Positions 1 through 16,800 of a stretch of DNA of 64,000 bases are shown here, piece after piece (the first letter of the stretch is position 1; each line of letters begins with the position of its first letter). The stretch is taken from the NCBI RefSeq assembly GCF_009914755.1, contig NC_060940.1; one strand, written 5' to 3'. The position numbers and the translations under genes are program-made. Source of the DNA: the human T2T-CHM13v2.0 reference genome, Homo sapiens. The notes beneath the pieces are model-generated. The model was not told the origin of the DNA and made no database searches. It was given only the letters and a program-made list of their open reading frames with translations.

Positions 1-980
1 CCTATACATGAAGGCCTGACCTTCAGAAACATTCTCAGAGACCTAGAGTCTATTATTTCAAGTAAGAATGTAATTTTCATGGATGGGCGTTTATTTGTCA
101 CTTGTCTTAGGTGATTTTTCTTGCCTCATCCATCAGATATTCAATTACAGACTTCGCTTGAAACTTCTCAGTTTGGGAAGTTATGAGACACATTCAAGCG
201 CGTTTGTAGATTATTAGGGAAGTAAGAGATAGTTACGGTGCTTTATGCTGGGGCATAGAGAGAGCAGTGACCCAGCTCTCTCACCCTCATTCTTTTAGTG
301 ACATTGCCAAAGTGAATCATAGATGGTCTGGACATTGGTCAAAAGAAAACTTTGTGTTTTTATGAGCTGCAAATACATAATGCCACCACTTTTATATCCT
401 TTGTCCTATGCCCACACAGACTCTATTAATCAATCTCAGGTATTTTTTTTAATTAGCTCATAGGAGCCTACAATTCCTCAACACATCACTTCAGGCAGAT
501 ACAACTAATCTCTCAGAGTTGGCACTGGGATTGAAACCTACTAGTTATACTTGTCACATAATGAGACTTACTTCTAGTTTCTACTTAGAAAAGCACAGAA
601 ATATTAACAACATCAATGAAACTTCCTCTCTGGTGGGTCTTGCACCACTCAGCCTGTCTATCAACTGAGAAAACTCTTTTCTCTCAGAAATGGCTCAAGC
701 ATAGTCCTGCCTAAGAGTGGGAGAACAGACATGACAAGATCCTTTCCAATCCTGGGATCCGTTGATACTAAATTGGAAGATAGGGAGAAGCAAGGACTGC
801 AAATACAGAAATCAAGCATGAGTAGAGACTGGGAAAAGTTTACTCTCTCATTTCATAAATATTTATTGAGAATTTACTATGGGTCAGACACTTCCAGGCA
901 TTGAGAATACAGCAGTGGGCGAGACAAGAACACAGGCCCAACATTGTATTCATGAAACTTGATTTTTAGTTTTGGGAAAA

Positions 981-1072
981 ATATGCATACATGCACATGT
1001 ATATTATGTGCATGTGTATACATACATACGTACATGTATGTACATATACGTGTCTGTGTATATACACATATA
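981..1072. repeat. Degenerate alternating purine-pyrimidine (CATA/TATG)n simple repeat
   Basis: atatgcatacatgcacatgtatat...tatatacacatata seen directly. Confidence 0.85.
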
Positions 1073-1166
1073 ACAAGGCCACAATGTCAAGCAGGGATTA
1101 TTGACATAAAACTAGAAATAAGATAGAGGGATGTAAGGGGTGACAATATTAAATCAAGTGGTCAGG

Positions 1167-1295
1167 GACCGGGTGTGGTGGCTCATGCCTGCAATCTCAA
1201 CACTTCAGGAGGCTGAGGCAGGAGGATCGTTTGAGCCCATGAGTTTGAGACCAGCCTGGGCAACATAGTGAGACCTCATCTCTACAAAAATAAAC
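1167..1295 (+). mobile_element. Alu left monomer (FLAM_C-like)
   Basis: Single Alu arm ending in ctctacaaaaataaa. Flanked by a near-identical TSD: aaatcaagtggtcag (1151) / aaatcaggtggtcag (1314). Confidence 0.9.
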
Positions 1296-2124
1296 TTGGG
1301 TCAATAAATCAATAAATCAGGTGGTCAGAGAAGGCCTCACAGAGGCGGCACTGAGTGAGATCTAAATGACAGAAAGAAATGAGCAGTGCAGGCTCTCGGT
1401 TCAGTACATCCTGGCAGGTGGAACAGCAAGCACAAAGGTCTTGAGGCAGGATGGAGCTGCTGGGTCTGAAGAACTGGGGAGAAGCCAGTGTGGCCACCAG
1501 GTTAGGCAAAGGAAAGTCAGTGATGTGGCAGGGGCCAGATTACTTGGAGCTTCATAGACCACAGTAAGGAGTTGGGATGTGATTCTAATTGTGATAAGAA
1601 ACCCTCAGAAGTTCTAGGCAATGCAGAAATAGGATTTTGTTTTTGTTTTTTTAAAGATCTTCATGGCTGCTGTATGGAATGTTGATCACAAAAGAGCGAG
1701 GATGGAAGGGGAATGTCCAGGTAGGGGAGGAAAAGAACGTTTGCCATAGGAAAATGTTCCAAGTCTTTCAGACTGCTCTAACTGTATCCATATACCATGG
1801 AGGGGTGGCTGTGGTCCCGCTGCCTGCCTGTGTGCTCTCACCACAGTTGCCTGTGTGCTCTGTTTTGTGTGTTTGGCTTCCAGGTCTGCTGCATTTGACT
1901 CTTTGTTGTCAGTGTAGTAGGTGGCTTTTTGTGATTTCTGGGAGTGTGGCTCCCCGTTCATATTTTATCTTGATTTTGGCCAGTCTTCTCTTATGGTTAA
2001 TGTAACATTAATGTTCTTATTTGCTGTGATAAATTGGGTCTTTTGCTTATACCAGTAGAAAAAGCCTTCAGGTCTCAAGTGGAATCACGCCATTACCCCA
2101 ATTCTTTGTCCCCAGAGAGTTCAG

Positions 2125-2477
2125 TGATATTAAGTCCCCACCCAAATCTCATCTTGAATTGTAATCCCCATGTGTTGAGGGAGGGAAGTGATTGGATTAT
2201 GGGGGCGGTCTCCCCATGCTGTTCTCATGATAGTGAGTGAATTCTCAGGGTATCTGATGGTTTTATAAAAGGTAGTATTTCTAGCACTCTCACATGCTCT
2301 TCTCTCTCCTGCCGCCATGTGAAGAAGGTTCTTGCTGCCCCTTTGCCTTCCATCATGATTGTAAATTTCCTGAGGCCTCCCCAACCATGTGGAACTGTGA
2401 GTCAATTAAACCTGTTTTCTTTATAAATTACACAGTCTTGGGTATGTATTTACAGTGTGTGAAAATGGACTAATACA
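2125..2477 (+). mobile_element. THE1D solo LTR (ERVL-MaLR)
   Basis: tgatat...cccacccaaatctcatcttgaattgtaatcccc...ggactaataca termini. Perfect 5-bp TSD TTCAG at 2120-2124 and 2478-2482. Confidence 0.9.
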
Positions 2478-2589
2478 TTCAGCAAGACTTGTTCAGTCTG
2501 AATAGTGTGTTTTTAGCTATGAATGTTTGATAACAGTGGCTACTTTTTGTGTGGCACTGTACAAGTTGCCATAAAAATCTGTGTATATT

Positions 2590-2690
2590 TTGCAAGTATC
2601 ATATCATTGGGTCCCCAGGTAGATGGAAAAGTTGTTAATATTATCCCATTTGACGGATGAAGAAACAGATTCAGAGAGGTTAGACAGATT
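2590..2690 (-). mobile_element. MIR fragment
   Basis: MIR core: attatcccatttgacggatgaagaaacagattcagagaggtta. Confidence 0.75.
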
Positions 2691-3039
2691 TTTTAGAAAT
2701 GCTTTGTACGTGATTAATTATTGCTCTTAATTTTAAGCTTTTCTTCTTAAGTATTCAGATTTTTACAAATAATAATTTTTAAAATATTCATTATCTGTTA
2801 TCTCCTGAGGACAGTTCCGTAGCATAAGTTACAACTTCCTCTGTGGGCTGTGTTTATATAGAGACCAATATTCTCCTTAAGTGCCTAAACTGTCTGCATA
2901 AATTTCCAAACACAATGCACTCCCATATGTGCCATTCACTGTGCTGAGAGCTGCAGGAACGATATCAATGAATGAGCCACACCTTCTGCCCTTAAAGAAC
3001 AAGCAACTGGTGGCAGGGAATTGGGATGATTCTCCAGTG

Positions 3040-3480
3040 GTCAACACTGCCTGTTAATAGAAGCCCAACTCAAAGCAGTTTAGGAAAAATGGCAAAGTAT
3101 TGGCTCATGTAACTGGAAGTCCTAAGGTGCCTCTGACTGAGCATGGCTGGACCCAAGGGGCTTAAATGATGTCAACAGGACTCCTTTTTGCTTCTCATCT
3201 TTCTCTAACTGTAACATCTTCTCTTCTATATACTGTCTTCATTTTCAGCTAGATTCTTCCCTCATAGTGGAAAAGATACTCCTCACAAATGTCAAGCATA
3301 TGTCACAGCTAGGAACCAGCTAGGAACACAGGTCACACTTTCCTTTCTTCCAAAAAGAGTATTCCAGGGAAGTGCAAAGAATGATGGTAAATTCATCCAA
3401 CACTAGTCACATGCCCATCCCTCAACCAAATACGTTATCCAGACACATAATAGACACTCAGTGATTGCAATGCCCTGTTG
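3040..3480 (-). mobile_element. Old ERVL-class LTR (LTR33/MLT1K-like)
   Basis: aagcccaactcaaagcagtttagg...tattggctcatgtaactgg...ggctggacccaaggggcttaaatgatgtc resembles this class. Subfamily uncertain. Confidence 0.55.
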
Positions 3481-3582
3481 GAGTTAAGAAGACAGTAATG
3501 GTGCTTAAATAATATTAATATGTCCAGCATTGTATTTTACAAGCATCATGATATCTAGTGCTCATAACATTTTATGAGGTAG

Positions 3583-3972
3583 TATATCAGTCACTTTAGG
3601 CTAAGTTATGCTTCTGTAACAAACATTCCCAAATGTCAGTGGCTTATAACAACAGAAATTTATTTTTTGCTCACGTTAATGCTCATAACAGGTCAGCCTC
3701 AACTGTGTTCCATGTTATCATCATCTGGAAACCCAGGCTGAAGGAGAAGCCCCTATCTGAGGATTGGGTGTCTCCTGGGAGAGGGGAAAGATAAGATGAC
3801 AGAACCACATGAGGCTCTTAAAACTTCTCCTTGGAAGTGGCACATCTCACTTTCACCAACATTTCATTGGCAAAAGCAAAAAATATAGCTAAGTATGAAA
3901 TCTAATAGGCAAGAGTGTATCATCCTGTCAAGAAGGAGAACAAAAGTATTGAGGAATAACATGATCTCCCAA
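3583..3972 (-). mobile_element. MLT1 (MLT1I/J-like) MaLR LTR
   Basis: taggctaagttatgcttctgtaacaaacattccc...cagtggcttataacaacagaaatttattt...cacatctcactttc...catttcattggc. Confidence 0.7.
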
Positions 3973-3995
3973 AGGCAGGAAATGTGATTATCCCA

Positions 3996-4772
3996 TGCGT
4001 TTGTCTCCTAGGCCTGCCATAACAAATTACTGCAAACCAGCTGGCTCAGAGCAACAGCAGTTTATTCTTTCACTCTTCAGGAGTCAGAAATCAAGGTGTG
4101 GGGCCCTACTCTCTATAACTTTTTCTTTTGCCCTGTTCTAGCTTTCAGTGTTTGTTGGCAGACCTTGGCATTGCTTGGCTTGCAGCTGAATCATTCCAGT
4201 CTCTGCCTCCATCATCACCTGGCCTCCTCTCCTCTGCCTGTGTATTTTCTGGAAGTCTCCTCTCTGTATGTCTGGGTACAAAACTACCTCTTTTTTTTTT
4301 TTTTTTTTTTTTGAGATGGAGTTTTGCTCTGTTGCCCAGGCTGGAGTGCAGTGGCACGATCTTGGCTCACTGCAACCTCTGCCTCCCAGGTTCAAGCAAT
4401 TCCCTGCCTCAGCCTCCCGAGTAGCTGGGATTACAGGCGCCCACCACCACGCCCAGTTAATTTTTTGTATTTTTAGTAGAGACGGGGTTTCACTGTCTTG
4501 GCCAGGCTGGTCTTGAACTCCTGACCTCTTGATCCACCTGCCTCGGCCTCCCAAAGTGCTGGGATTACAGGCGTGAGCCACCGCGCCCGGCCAAAACTAC
4601 CTCTTTTTATAAGCATGTCATCATTGGGTTAAGATCTACCGTAATGCAGCATTACCTCATCTTAACTTGATTTCATCCACAAAGACCCTACTTTCAAATA
4701 AGGTCACATTCACAGATAGCTCATGTCAGGACTTGAACACATCTTTTGGAGGAACACAATTTAACCTGCAAC
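3996..4772 (-). mobile_element. MLT1C/D-like LTR split by an Alu
   Basis: cctaggcctgccataacaaattactgcaaac...aataaggtcacattcacag...acacaatttaacctgcaaca. Confidence 0.75.
4291..4592 (-). mobile_element. AluS (Sg/Sc-like), full length
   Basis: Complete dimer with poly(T). TSD aaaactacctcttttt at 4280 and 4593. Confidence 0.95.
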
Positions 4773-4910
4773 ATCCCATTTTTAAAATGAGGAAACTGAA
4801 TCACAAAGCAGCTAAATACTTTGCTTGTGAACACACAACTTACCAGTGTGGGGCGATGTTAGAATCACACCTAAGTGGCTTGGCTCAGAGCCTGTGCTCC
4901 TAACCAGTCA
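4773..4910 (-). mobile_element. MIR fragment (continuation of a MIR starting near 3520)
   Basis: cccatttttaaaatgaggaaactgaatcacaaagcagctaaatactttgc. Confidence 0.7.
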
Positions 4911-4919
4911 AATATGCTA

Positions 4920-5277
<358 letters not shown>

Positions 5278-5455
5278 TTCAGAATCTTGGGTTCTTCTTG
5301 GGTTCTTGTTTCAGCTATGCCTCTCACTAATTACAACCATGGAGAGGACCTCAGTGGTGATGTTTCTCAAATGGGCATGAATTACTGACCTTGTCTTTCA
5401 GGATTGCTCCAAGTTTAAAGCAACATGAGAGACTAGAAAGCCTTTAGAAAAAGTA

Positions 5456-8329
<2,874 letters not shown>

Positions 8330-9263
8330 AGAAAAAGTACTGAGTTCTTCACACATGGAAAGCAATGTGGTGAGTCACGGATCAAGAATGAGCTAGAGTC
8401 CTGAGATGTTTCCTACAGTTATTACCACAAACCTACTGCTTCTGAAGAGCAACAAGTGGCAATATTTGGTAAAGCAATCAAATTGGTCTCCAGCTTTCCT
8501 GCTCCAAGTTTCTCAGTAATAAGCATGAAACTGTAATATGCAGCAAAAGAGGCAGTTACATAAAAATATATGTATTTTTAACGTTTTAAGGATGTGGGTG
8601 GAACCAGAGGGTTGAATGGTACCCAGATGATGTGCGGGCAGGATGTGTTGGATAAAGCAGGGTTAGGATATCCCTAGACATTTTGGTTATTAGAGCAAAT
8701 AGACTTCTAGTCCTTTGTGATAATACCAACTCTTTCTGACGGCTCTTGGTATCCATCATATATGTTGATCAAATAATCTATTGATGACTCTCCTCACTCT
8801 TAGATTACTCTTGCTCTTATACTTTCCCTGTACTCCCCCAAAGGGAACATTGTGCAATCATCTAACCTATGAGGTCTTCTTGTCCATCTACATTCATTCC
8901 GTTAGTGATGCTACTCACTGCTCTGGCTTCCGCAGTCACCTGAACATGAAACCCAAAAGTCAGAGCAGGTAAGCGGTGTCTAACTCAACAACAACCATGG
9001 GCAGCATTCCACTGGCTTGAGCCTATTGATTCTTTTCGGTTTCTCCCCCTCATCACTAGCCCTTGTCTCTAGAACCTAAGTGTGGATGATGAAGTATGAT
9101 GGGGATGTCAGTCTGACATTGAAGTATGCAACTCTGCATGTTTTCCTCGTACATCCTCTCTCCCTAGCCAGAATTTAGTGGACTCTTTTCTCCACACCTC
9201 AGCTTCTTCTTTTATTATTGCTTCTTGAAAAATATAAAAGTTGTGGTTGAAAAATTAAAATAA

Positions 9264-9580
9264 GGCTAGGTGTAGTGGTTCACACCTGTAATCCTCCATT
9301 TTTGGAGGCCGAAGTAGGAGGATCACTTGAGGCCAGGAGTTCGAGACCAGCCTGGGCCACACAGTGAGACCTCCGTCTGTACAAAAAAAATGAAAAACTA
9401 GCCAGGTGTGGTGGTGCATGCCTGTGGTCTGAGCTACTCAGGACATTGAGCTGGGAGGATCACTTGAGTGCAAGAGTTTGAGGCTGCAGTGAGCTATGAT
9501 CATACAACTGCACTCCGCCTGGGAAGTAGAGAAAGACCCTGTCTCAAAAAAAACAAAAAGCAAAAACAAAACAAAGCAAA
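9264..9580 (+). mobile_element. AluJ
   Basis: Alu dimer with J-type right arm and A-rich tail. Confidence 0.92.
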
Positions 9581-9710
9581 AAGTTAAAATCATACCCCAC
9601 CCCATGATCCAGATATAGCTCATGTTAAGGGTTTGTGTATATCCTTCTAGATCTTTGTCTGTGGACATGCACACACATGTTTCTGGACATTACACCACAT
9701 CCCCAGCCTC

Positions 9711-9984
9711 TTTTTTTTTTTTTTTTTTTTGAGACAGGGTCTCACTCTGTTGCCCAGGCCAGAGTGCAGTGGCACAATCACAACTCACTGCAGACTTGAC
9801 CTCCCATCTCAGCCTCCCAAGTAGCTGGGATCACAGGCACGTACCACCGTGCCCAGCCAATTTTTGTAGAGATTGAGTTTTGCCATGTTGCCCAGGCTGG
9901 TCTCAAACTCCTCGGCTAAGGCCATCTACCCACCTCGGCCTCTCAAATTCTAGGTTTACAGGTGTGAGACACCATGCCCGGCCC
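9711..9984 (-). mobile_element. AluJ
   Basis: Poly(T) followed by the Alu reverse complement. TSD cccagcctctt on both sides. Confidence 0.92.
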
Positions 9985-10110
9985 CCAGCCTCTTATCTCC
10001 ATGTCTTCTTTCTTTCTTATTTTTGCTTTCTACTGTTCTTATTCTCCCCATAACCCTTATGGCTTAGGCCTCTTGAATCAACCCATGAGGACAACACATT
10101 TACCTAACAC

Positions 10111-10158
10111 CAGGGCTGCTGCATATGGTTGTGCACTGCACAACTCCAGGGGGCGCTG
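10111..10158 (+). mobile_element. MER91B/C-like hAT MITE half carrying a CTCF-like core
   Basis: cagggctgctgcatatggttgtgcactgcacaactccagggggcgc resembles one arm of MER91B/C. Confidence 0.6.
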
Positions 10159-11733
10159 TAGACTTAAAGCCCTTGTGACTGCCTCTTCTTGGCATTCCTC
10201 CAGAATAATACATGTCAGTATTTGTCAGTCTTGCGTAGAGCACTTTATAGATTTCAGTTTACAAAACATTTTATTTGACCCTTATAGCAATCCTGGATGG
10301 AAGACCAAGCAAATAAAATGAGCTGTTTTCTCATGAGCCAGTGTGAAAGACTCAGGTCGAACCAACCGTAAGGAGTCATGGACATCTTGTGTGTCTCTTC
10401 TCAGACTGTTTTCCAATGGGGAAAAGGGTGGAGGGTGCTCAGTCTCAAACTAGCCTTGAAAGAAGATGAAAAGACGTGACCAAAGGTGACAAGAAGAACA
10501 AGAAAAGGTTGGTGAAAGAACCATAAAACTTCCCTAACATGAAGACATTAAGATGCTGCATGCAGAAGAGGTGGGGCTTGTAAAAGGTGAGAGTAAAGAC
10601 AAATATATAAATGAAGATATTTGGAGGCGATGGTCAAGGCCAGAACTTCTCTGCCTAGATAAGGAGGACATCTCACCCCTCAGGCTGAGGTTGTTGCTGA
10701 GAGACAGAGTGGAATGGTATTTCCATTTTTCTAACTCTCAGAATCCAGCCCTCCAATCCAGCCCACAAATAATCTTGACTAATTTTTTCATGCAAATAGA
10801 AATCTTGCATTTTTTGTGAACCTTGAAATACATTTGGTTCTCAAGTTCGGGGGATCATGTTATATTTTGAAATAAAAATTGTCGTAATTGGATTAGGCTC
10901 AATTGCAGTTGTAGTAAGACTGGCTTTGGGTATGGAATATAAATGAGGTCAGCTTAAAGGAAGTAATTCATTCCTCTAATGACAACATCTTGGTCTATGA
11001 AATGAAAAAAGATCAAAGCTCATTCAAAAATAAATGGATTTAATGGAACAGTAGTTAAAGAAGTCTGGAGAATTCATTTTATTTTCATTGTATAATATCT
11101 GTTTCTCATAGAGTTGTCTTGTTCTTTAGTACTTTTTATTCTTATGACTGTGCATGGGTTTGATTAGCTTAATTAGAGTTAATGTCTTGGGAGCAGAATG
11201 TGGGACTGTGAAAGTTTGGGTTCCTGAAGACTTTGAAAAGAGAACTGTTGGCCTCGTTCTACATAAATTCAGAATCGAAAATGTCTGATGGTTATTATCA
11301 TCTTAAAGTAATTGAAGCACTGCTAAAAATAAAAACCAGAAGGAGAAAAATTGAACCCGAATAAAAGAAATGGAGTTATCCCAGATTTGGATACAATTCT
11401 CTCGGCAAATTGAGCTTAAATCTGAAGTCTTAGGAAATAGAATGAATGCCAAAAAATTATTTTTCCCCCTGTGTGCTGTTAACAAGGGCAGTCTCTTCGT
11501 TTTCACAGTATTTCCTTCTATTTTCCTCCTGTTGTCTGTGGCTCCACTTTAGGTTAGTAGGGACTTTAGAGGGAAATACCACTTCAGATTAAAGTCTTGT
11601 CAGATCTCATTTATTAACTGGCATGGGGTCTGGTGTCCTGGAGCGAGAAGGTCTCCTGAGGAAGCATTTGTTGTGAGCCTCTCTTGCAGGGACTGAGTTT
11701 GGAGCAGGACTTTCCAGGAGCCGTCCTGTGTTA

Positions 11734-12027
<294 letters not shown>

Positions 12028-12109
12028 TTACTTTGATAACCTGGCCTTTGCATTCTTTGCATTATGTGAAATAAGCTTTAATCAATGGTAATATATGAAA
12101 TAACATTGC

Positions 12110-12261
12110 TTCGGTCATTCAATAAATATTTATAAGTTAAAAAAATATATATGTGTGTATTTGTTTGTAAGCCCACAATATAGAATGCCTGTACTTGGGG
12201 CTGGAGAAAAGTGGTGAATGGAACTTAACACATTGCTGTCTTTTTGGCAGTATTAGGGTGT

Positions 12262-12301
<40 letters not shown>

Positions 12302-12400
12302 TGAATGTGGTGAGTGTTAGAGAGACAGAGAATCAACAAATAAAAAACAATTTCTAATAGTGATCTGTGCTAGAAAGGAAATAAACCAGTTAATAATATA
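12110..12400 (-). mobile_element. L2 fragment containing (TG)n at 12265-12300
   Basis: tcattcaataaatattt...; later gatctgtgctagaaaggaaataaac. Confidence 0.55.
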
Positions 12401-13411
12401 TAATTGGACTGTTCTTTCCATACCTTTTAATAACATGTTTAGCATTTGAAAAATTAACATGTTTAAGTAACTTTATAGATTTTTTCTTATCAATAATTAT
12501 TAATTACCATCAGATATAATATACATTGATAGAATATTTGAGCAACTGGAAGTTTTTATTTCATGCCACTTCAAATATTTCTTCACAGTATCTATTGCTT
12601 TTCATGGCATTTCTGAACCAAAGAGGCTTTTATATTTTTCGGTCTCCTTTTAGTGTTAGATTTTTTTTCACCTGTTAATTCCTTGAAAATGGAGCAATCC
12701 ATGTAGAGTCCATTCATTTGGTTATTCAGCGCACACTAATTCATACCTTCTCTGTGCTAAGCTGGGTGATGTGGGCTGTCTCCAGAGTTTGTGTGACAGC
12801 CTCTGTTAATCATAATGTAATTCCAGAACACTATTATTTCATTCAGCCGGGAGATGATAGACAATTTACTCATTTTTACAATTAATTTTCCTATCCAAAT
12901 CCTTTTTCCAGACCAGATTGAAAGTTAGCATTCAGTCCAGCCCAGGCTCAGTTCCTGCCAGTTCCTCTTCATGGAGCTTTTGACCATTTGTTTTTTGTTC
13001 CAGTCACGGCAACCTGTAGAAAGGTGTGGACGGGGAAAGCCCTTCAGAAATACAGGAGCCCTGACATCTCCTTGTCCCTGGAGAGGACGCCTCAGGGGAG
13101 GAAAACATTTAGTAAATGACAAAGGATACTAACCTCTTGGAAAGAAAGTTAGGGTGGACGGAGACTTTAAATATATGCCTGGGGGAAAATTTTGAAATCT
13201 TTTAATGCAAAGAAGAAAACATTTCCAGCAATAAAATGTAAAATATAATGAAAAAGTCTAGAAGAAGCCCTTCCCTGCATAGTGTCCTGCCATTTACAGA
13301 CCTTCTTCTGAGAGGAGAATATGGCTACCTTATCTCAGAGGAGCTGCTTTAGGTACCGAGACGGGGAGCCAAGGTTGGGGTACATGGACACTCTCTCTTC
13401 CCTCCCTGCTA

Positions 13412-13547
13412 GCTTTACTTAGGCATAACTGACAAATAAAAATTGTATATATTTAAGGTATACAATATGATGTGTTGATATATATATATGTTGTGAAATG
13501 ATTACTACACTCAAGCTAATTAACATATTCATCACGTCACAGAGTTA

Positions 13548-13586
<39 letters not shown>

Positions 13587-13805
13587 TGTGTGTGTGTTTG
13601 AGAGAGAGAGAGAGAGATGGGATTACTTAAGGTTTGCTCTCTTAGCTAATTTCAAGTATACAATACAACATTATCAACTATAGTCACCACATTGTATATT
13701 AGGTCTCTGGAACATATTCTTCTTATAACTGAAAGTTTGTGCTCTTTGACCACTGTCTCCCCATTTTCCTCATCCCCCGAACCCCTGGTTACCATCCTTC
13801 TCTTT
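13412..13805 (-). mobile_element. L1MA (L1MA8/9-like) 3' end with (TG)n(GA)n at 13549-13617
   Basis: gacaaataaaaattgtatatatttaaggtatacaat...ctcaagctaattaacatattcatcac...tatagtcaccacattgta...ataactgaaagtttgt. Confidence 0.85.
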
Positions 13806-13929
13806 TGAAGCCAGGCATTGGTGGAATTTTATTAGGATCTTGAATTGTCTAATTTATCCCAAAGAATGGAAGTTCCAGTGATTCATACAGGTACTTATTA
13901 TCAGTTTTTCATCTTTACAGTGTTTGTTA

Positions 13930-14440
13930 GGAGTCTGTTGTCTATCTCAATGTAACAAATTACCCCAAAATATTGTGTCTTCATGCAGCAAGCATTTATA
14001 ACCTCACAATTGTGAGGTGGGGGCACCAAGAATCTGGACATACCTGAGCTTGAGTCTCTGCGTCAGGGTCTCAAAGTGGGACTGGGGGAAAATCCCCACA
14101 GGCAGGTCCCAGTCCTTGCTGGCTGTTGGTAGGGCTTTGGGATGTGGGCCTGACAGCATGGAGCTACTGACAACATGGCAACTTGCTTCTTTGAGGGCAA
14201 GAACTTTGAGAGAGAGAGAGTGTGAGACAGACAGAGATAGAGAGAAAGAGACCCAGAAAGAGACGTGAGAGCCCGATTCTTTTGTAACCCAATCTAAGTA
14301 ACATCTCATCACTTTTGCTGTGTTTGTGTTCTTTCCTTTAGAAATGAATCACTAGATTCACGCCTCACCCGAGGGCAGAGGATTATACAGTAACAGGAGA
14401 CCAGGCTCATTGGGGGCTCTTTCAGAGGCTGCATACCACA
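13930..14440 (-). mobile_element. MLT1 (F/G/H-like) LTR
   Basis: tgtaacaaattaccccaaaa...catggcaacttgcttc...ggctgcataccaca. Confidence 0.7.
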
Positions 14441-16454
14441 AAGTTTTCACTTTTCCTCTCTCTTTAGATATTTACTGTCCAGCTCATAAGAAATATAATA
14501 ATGACCTTGGAGTTGGTGATGATGGTGGTGGGGAGGTATCATTTTCTCAGAAAAGCCTTCACTAGTTACACCCTGTGGCTAGAGTTTGTCTCTTCTAGGA
14601 TAACTTGCACATCTCTATAAAACTAAACTTGCATTGTCCATTTTCTGTTTGTGTGAATCTACACACTGCAATAGGGTAGGCTTATTTAACCCTGCTTTCT
14701 CAATATTTCCACACTCTTTGGTATGCAGTCGGTGTTTAATCATTATTTGCTGAATTGAATGAAATGGTGAATGAATTATTAAATATGTAGAGAAAAAGGT
14801 CACGCTTTTTCACCTTCATGAACTTATAAACAACATCCCCTTTTAATAACTTTAACACCTCACACATCCTTTCTTTCACCTCCATTAGAATCTTCCCGGT
14901 TGGCAGGGAGGACGTCTCATTTCTCCATCAGTTAAGGGTATTTTCATAGTGTTTCTTTGTGTGTCTTCTAGGAAAACAAAATTCTTTCCTGCCTCTAGTA
15001 TACAATTACAGCATTAAATATTCCCTTAAATATCCACTTCCGTGATTCTGATATGTGCCCATCTCCCAGGGGGTGGTACCTTTCCTCCCCCAATTTCAGA
15101 ATTACTGCTCCAGTTAATCTCTGAACCCTTTTACAACTCAAAATTCTGCAAGCCAATTCGTTGCCAACATTTGGTCAGGAGATGAGTGGAGAAGAGAGGG
15201 ATTTAAAAAATATATTGGGCAGCTTTGTTCTTAAGCTGGTATTGGTGCCATTATGGATCTGGAGAGGTTTTGTAGTCAGATTTTGATTATTTGCTAGTTT
15301 TGGCAACTGTTGAGATGTTAGATCTCATATTGTTTCTATCATATTTTATAGTTTCTTGTTTAACTCTTTGCTGAACGTTTTAGACACACATCAAGACTCT
15401 CAAGCTTGATTTAAAACAGAATTGGCAATTGTGCCTCTCTTTTTACTTCAGGCTCTCCTGGCAGGACCTGACTCCAGGTTGTTGGGCAATGTTAAATCCC
15501 TATGCTGTGTTAGGGGATGGTAGTGCACTGAGTGGCCATCGTGATCTCAAACACAGGAAAAGACTTTACTGCATTTAAAGAAGGTAGTGCATTTAAAGAA
15601 GATTGGAATCCCCACAAGTGGGACCAATCAATCTGTATTGGCTTTATAAATTTATTCTTATTTGACACTTTGATACTTCTCTTTGAAATGCCTGACCCTA
15701 CATGTTTCTTTTTAAATTATTACAGATTTCCCAAGATTGTTTACCATTCTGCTTTATGCCTTCCTTTGATACTGTCCTCTGGTCAAAGAAGCTCCATAAC
15801 CCTCCCACCCCTGATGATCCCCACCACCATTGAGTTCAGTCTATGCATTTTAAAACTCCATCTTCAGGAACTTTTGAGGAAACCCTTACCTCCCCACAAC
15901 CTCACTCCAAACAATAGTGCATTGGAGGTGATTTCAAATACAGTTCATTGAGGCTGTGGAAATGGACAAAAACTTCTGTGTGTTTGCCCTTAAAAAGAGA
16001 GGCTGCTTGCCTGGTTGAGTCTTTGACAACAGGCTGTGTTTCCTACCAGCTCTTAACTGTGGGCCCACACTGACATTTTTGTAGCCACATATTACATGAT
16101 TGGTTTTTGATTTTTCAGTTCATAGCTTAAAATCACATTGATAAGAATATGACCTCCAAGCATTGGAAAATCAACTCCAGGTCCTGAATTCTCTGCATGC
16201 CAATGCTCTAAGTCACATGAGCAGAGTGCCGTGTTAGGTACATTACATAAACCATGCAGACTCTAGGTTAAATGGTTCCGGATTTTGTAATGTGAAAAGA
16301 CCTCTGGTGACACAGCTGGGAATGTAGGTAATAGGTGTCACTTGACTATTATTGCTATATGCCTAAGAGCTGTTTGGAGGTAATCATGGTAGACATTAGC
16401 TTATTAGTTGCCACACCAGCAAACATTCTCTCTATCCCTCTTCACGTCATCCCT

Positions 16455-16800
16455 TGCACAAGTTAAGGTAGTACAATTTGCTTAACAGAGAAAAACCAAC
16501 AGCTCAGCAGCTTGACATCACAGAGATCTCTTGCTTGGGTAAAATTCAATTGGAGGTGGAAGTTGAAGGGAGGCTCTGCTCCAGGCAGTCATTCAGGTAT
16601 TGAAGTTATTCCATCTGTTATCCTATTCTCCACTAGGGTTTTAGAATCTTTTCCATTTATCCAGTGAATGGGGAAAAAGAGAGTGCAAAGAATTTTGTGG
16701 AAGATTTTCATGGGTCAGGGCAAGAAGTAGCCAACATTCACTAGCCATAACTCTATCACATGGCCCAAAGAGGTTAGGAAACGTGGTCTTGCTGTATGTA
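16455..16800 (-). mobile_element. Old MLT1 (J/K-like) LTR
   Basis: ggctctgctccaggcagtcattcagg...tcacatggccc...gttaggaaacgtggtc. Confidence 0.55.

Larger units (their letters stand above)
850..1720 (-). mobile_element. L2 LINE 3' fragment, interrupted by a simple repeat and an Alu monomer
   Basis: Starts with the reverse complement of the L2 3' end (tcataaatatttattgagaatttactatgggtcagacact). Continues with typical L2 body sequence (gtggtcagagaaggcctc, gaccacagtaaggagttgg). Boundaries approximate. Confidence 0.7.

Noticed and set aside
4096-4581. Cluster of overlapping ORFs (also at 47038, 49121, 49618, 54571 and 59088)
   Set aside because: Alu-derived translations ([20 protein letters not shown]).
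15532-15951. 139-aa ORF containing a short duplication (tgcatttaaagaag twice, 15570-15601)
   Set aside because: Non-ATG start and no recognisable domain. The repeat is a simple 18-bp-period slippage.
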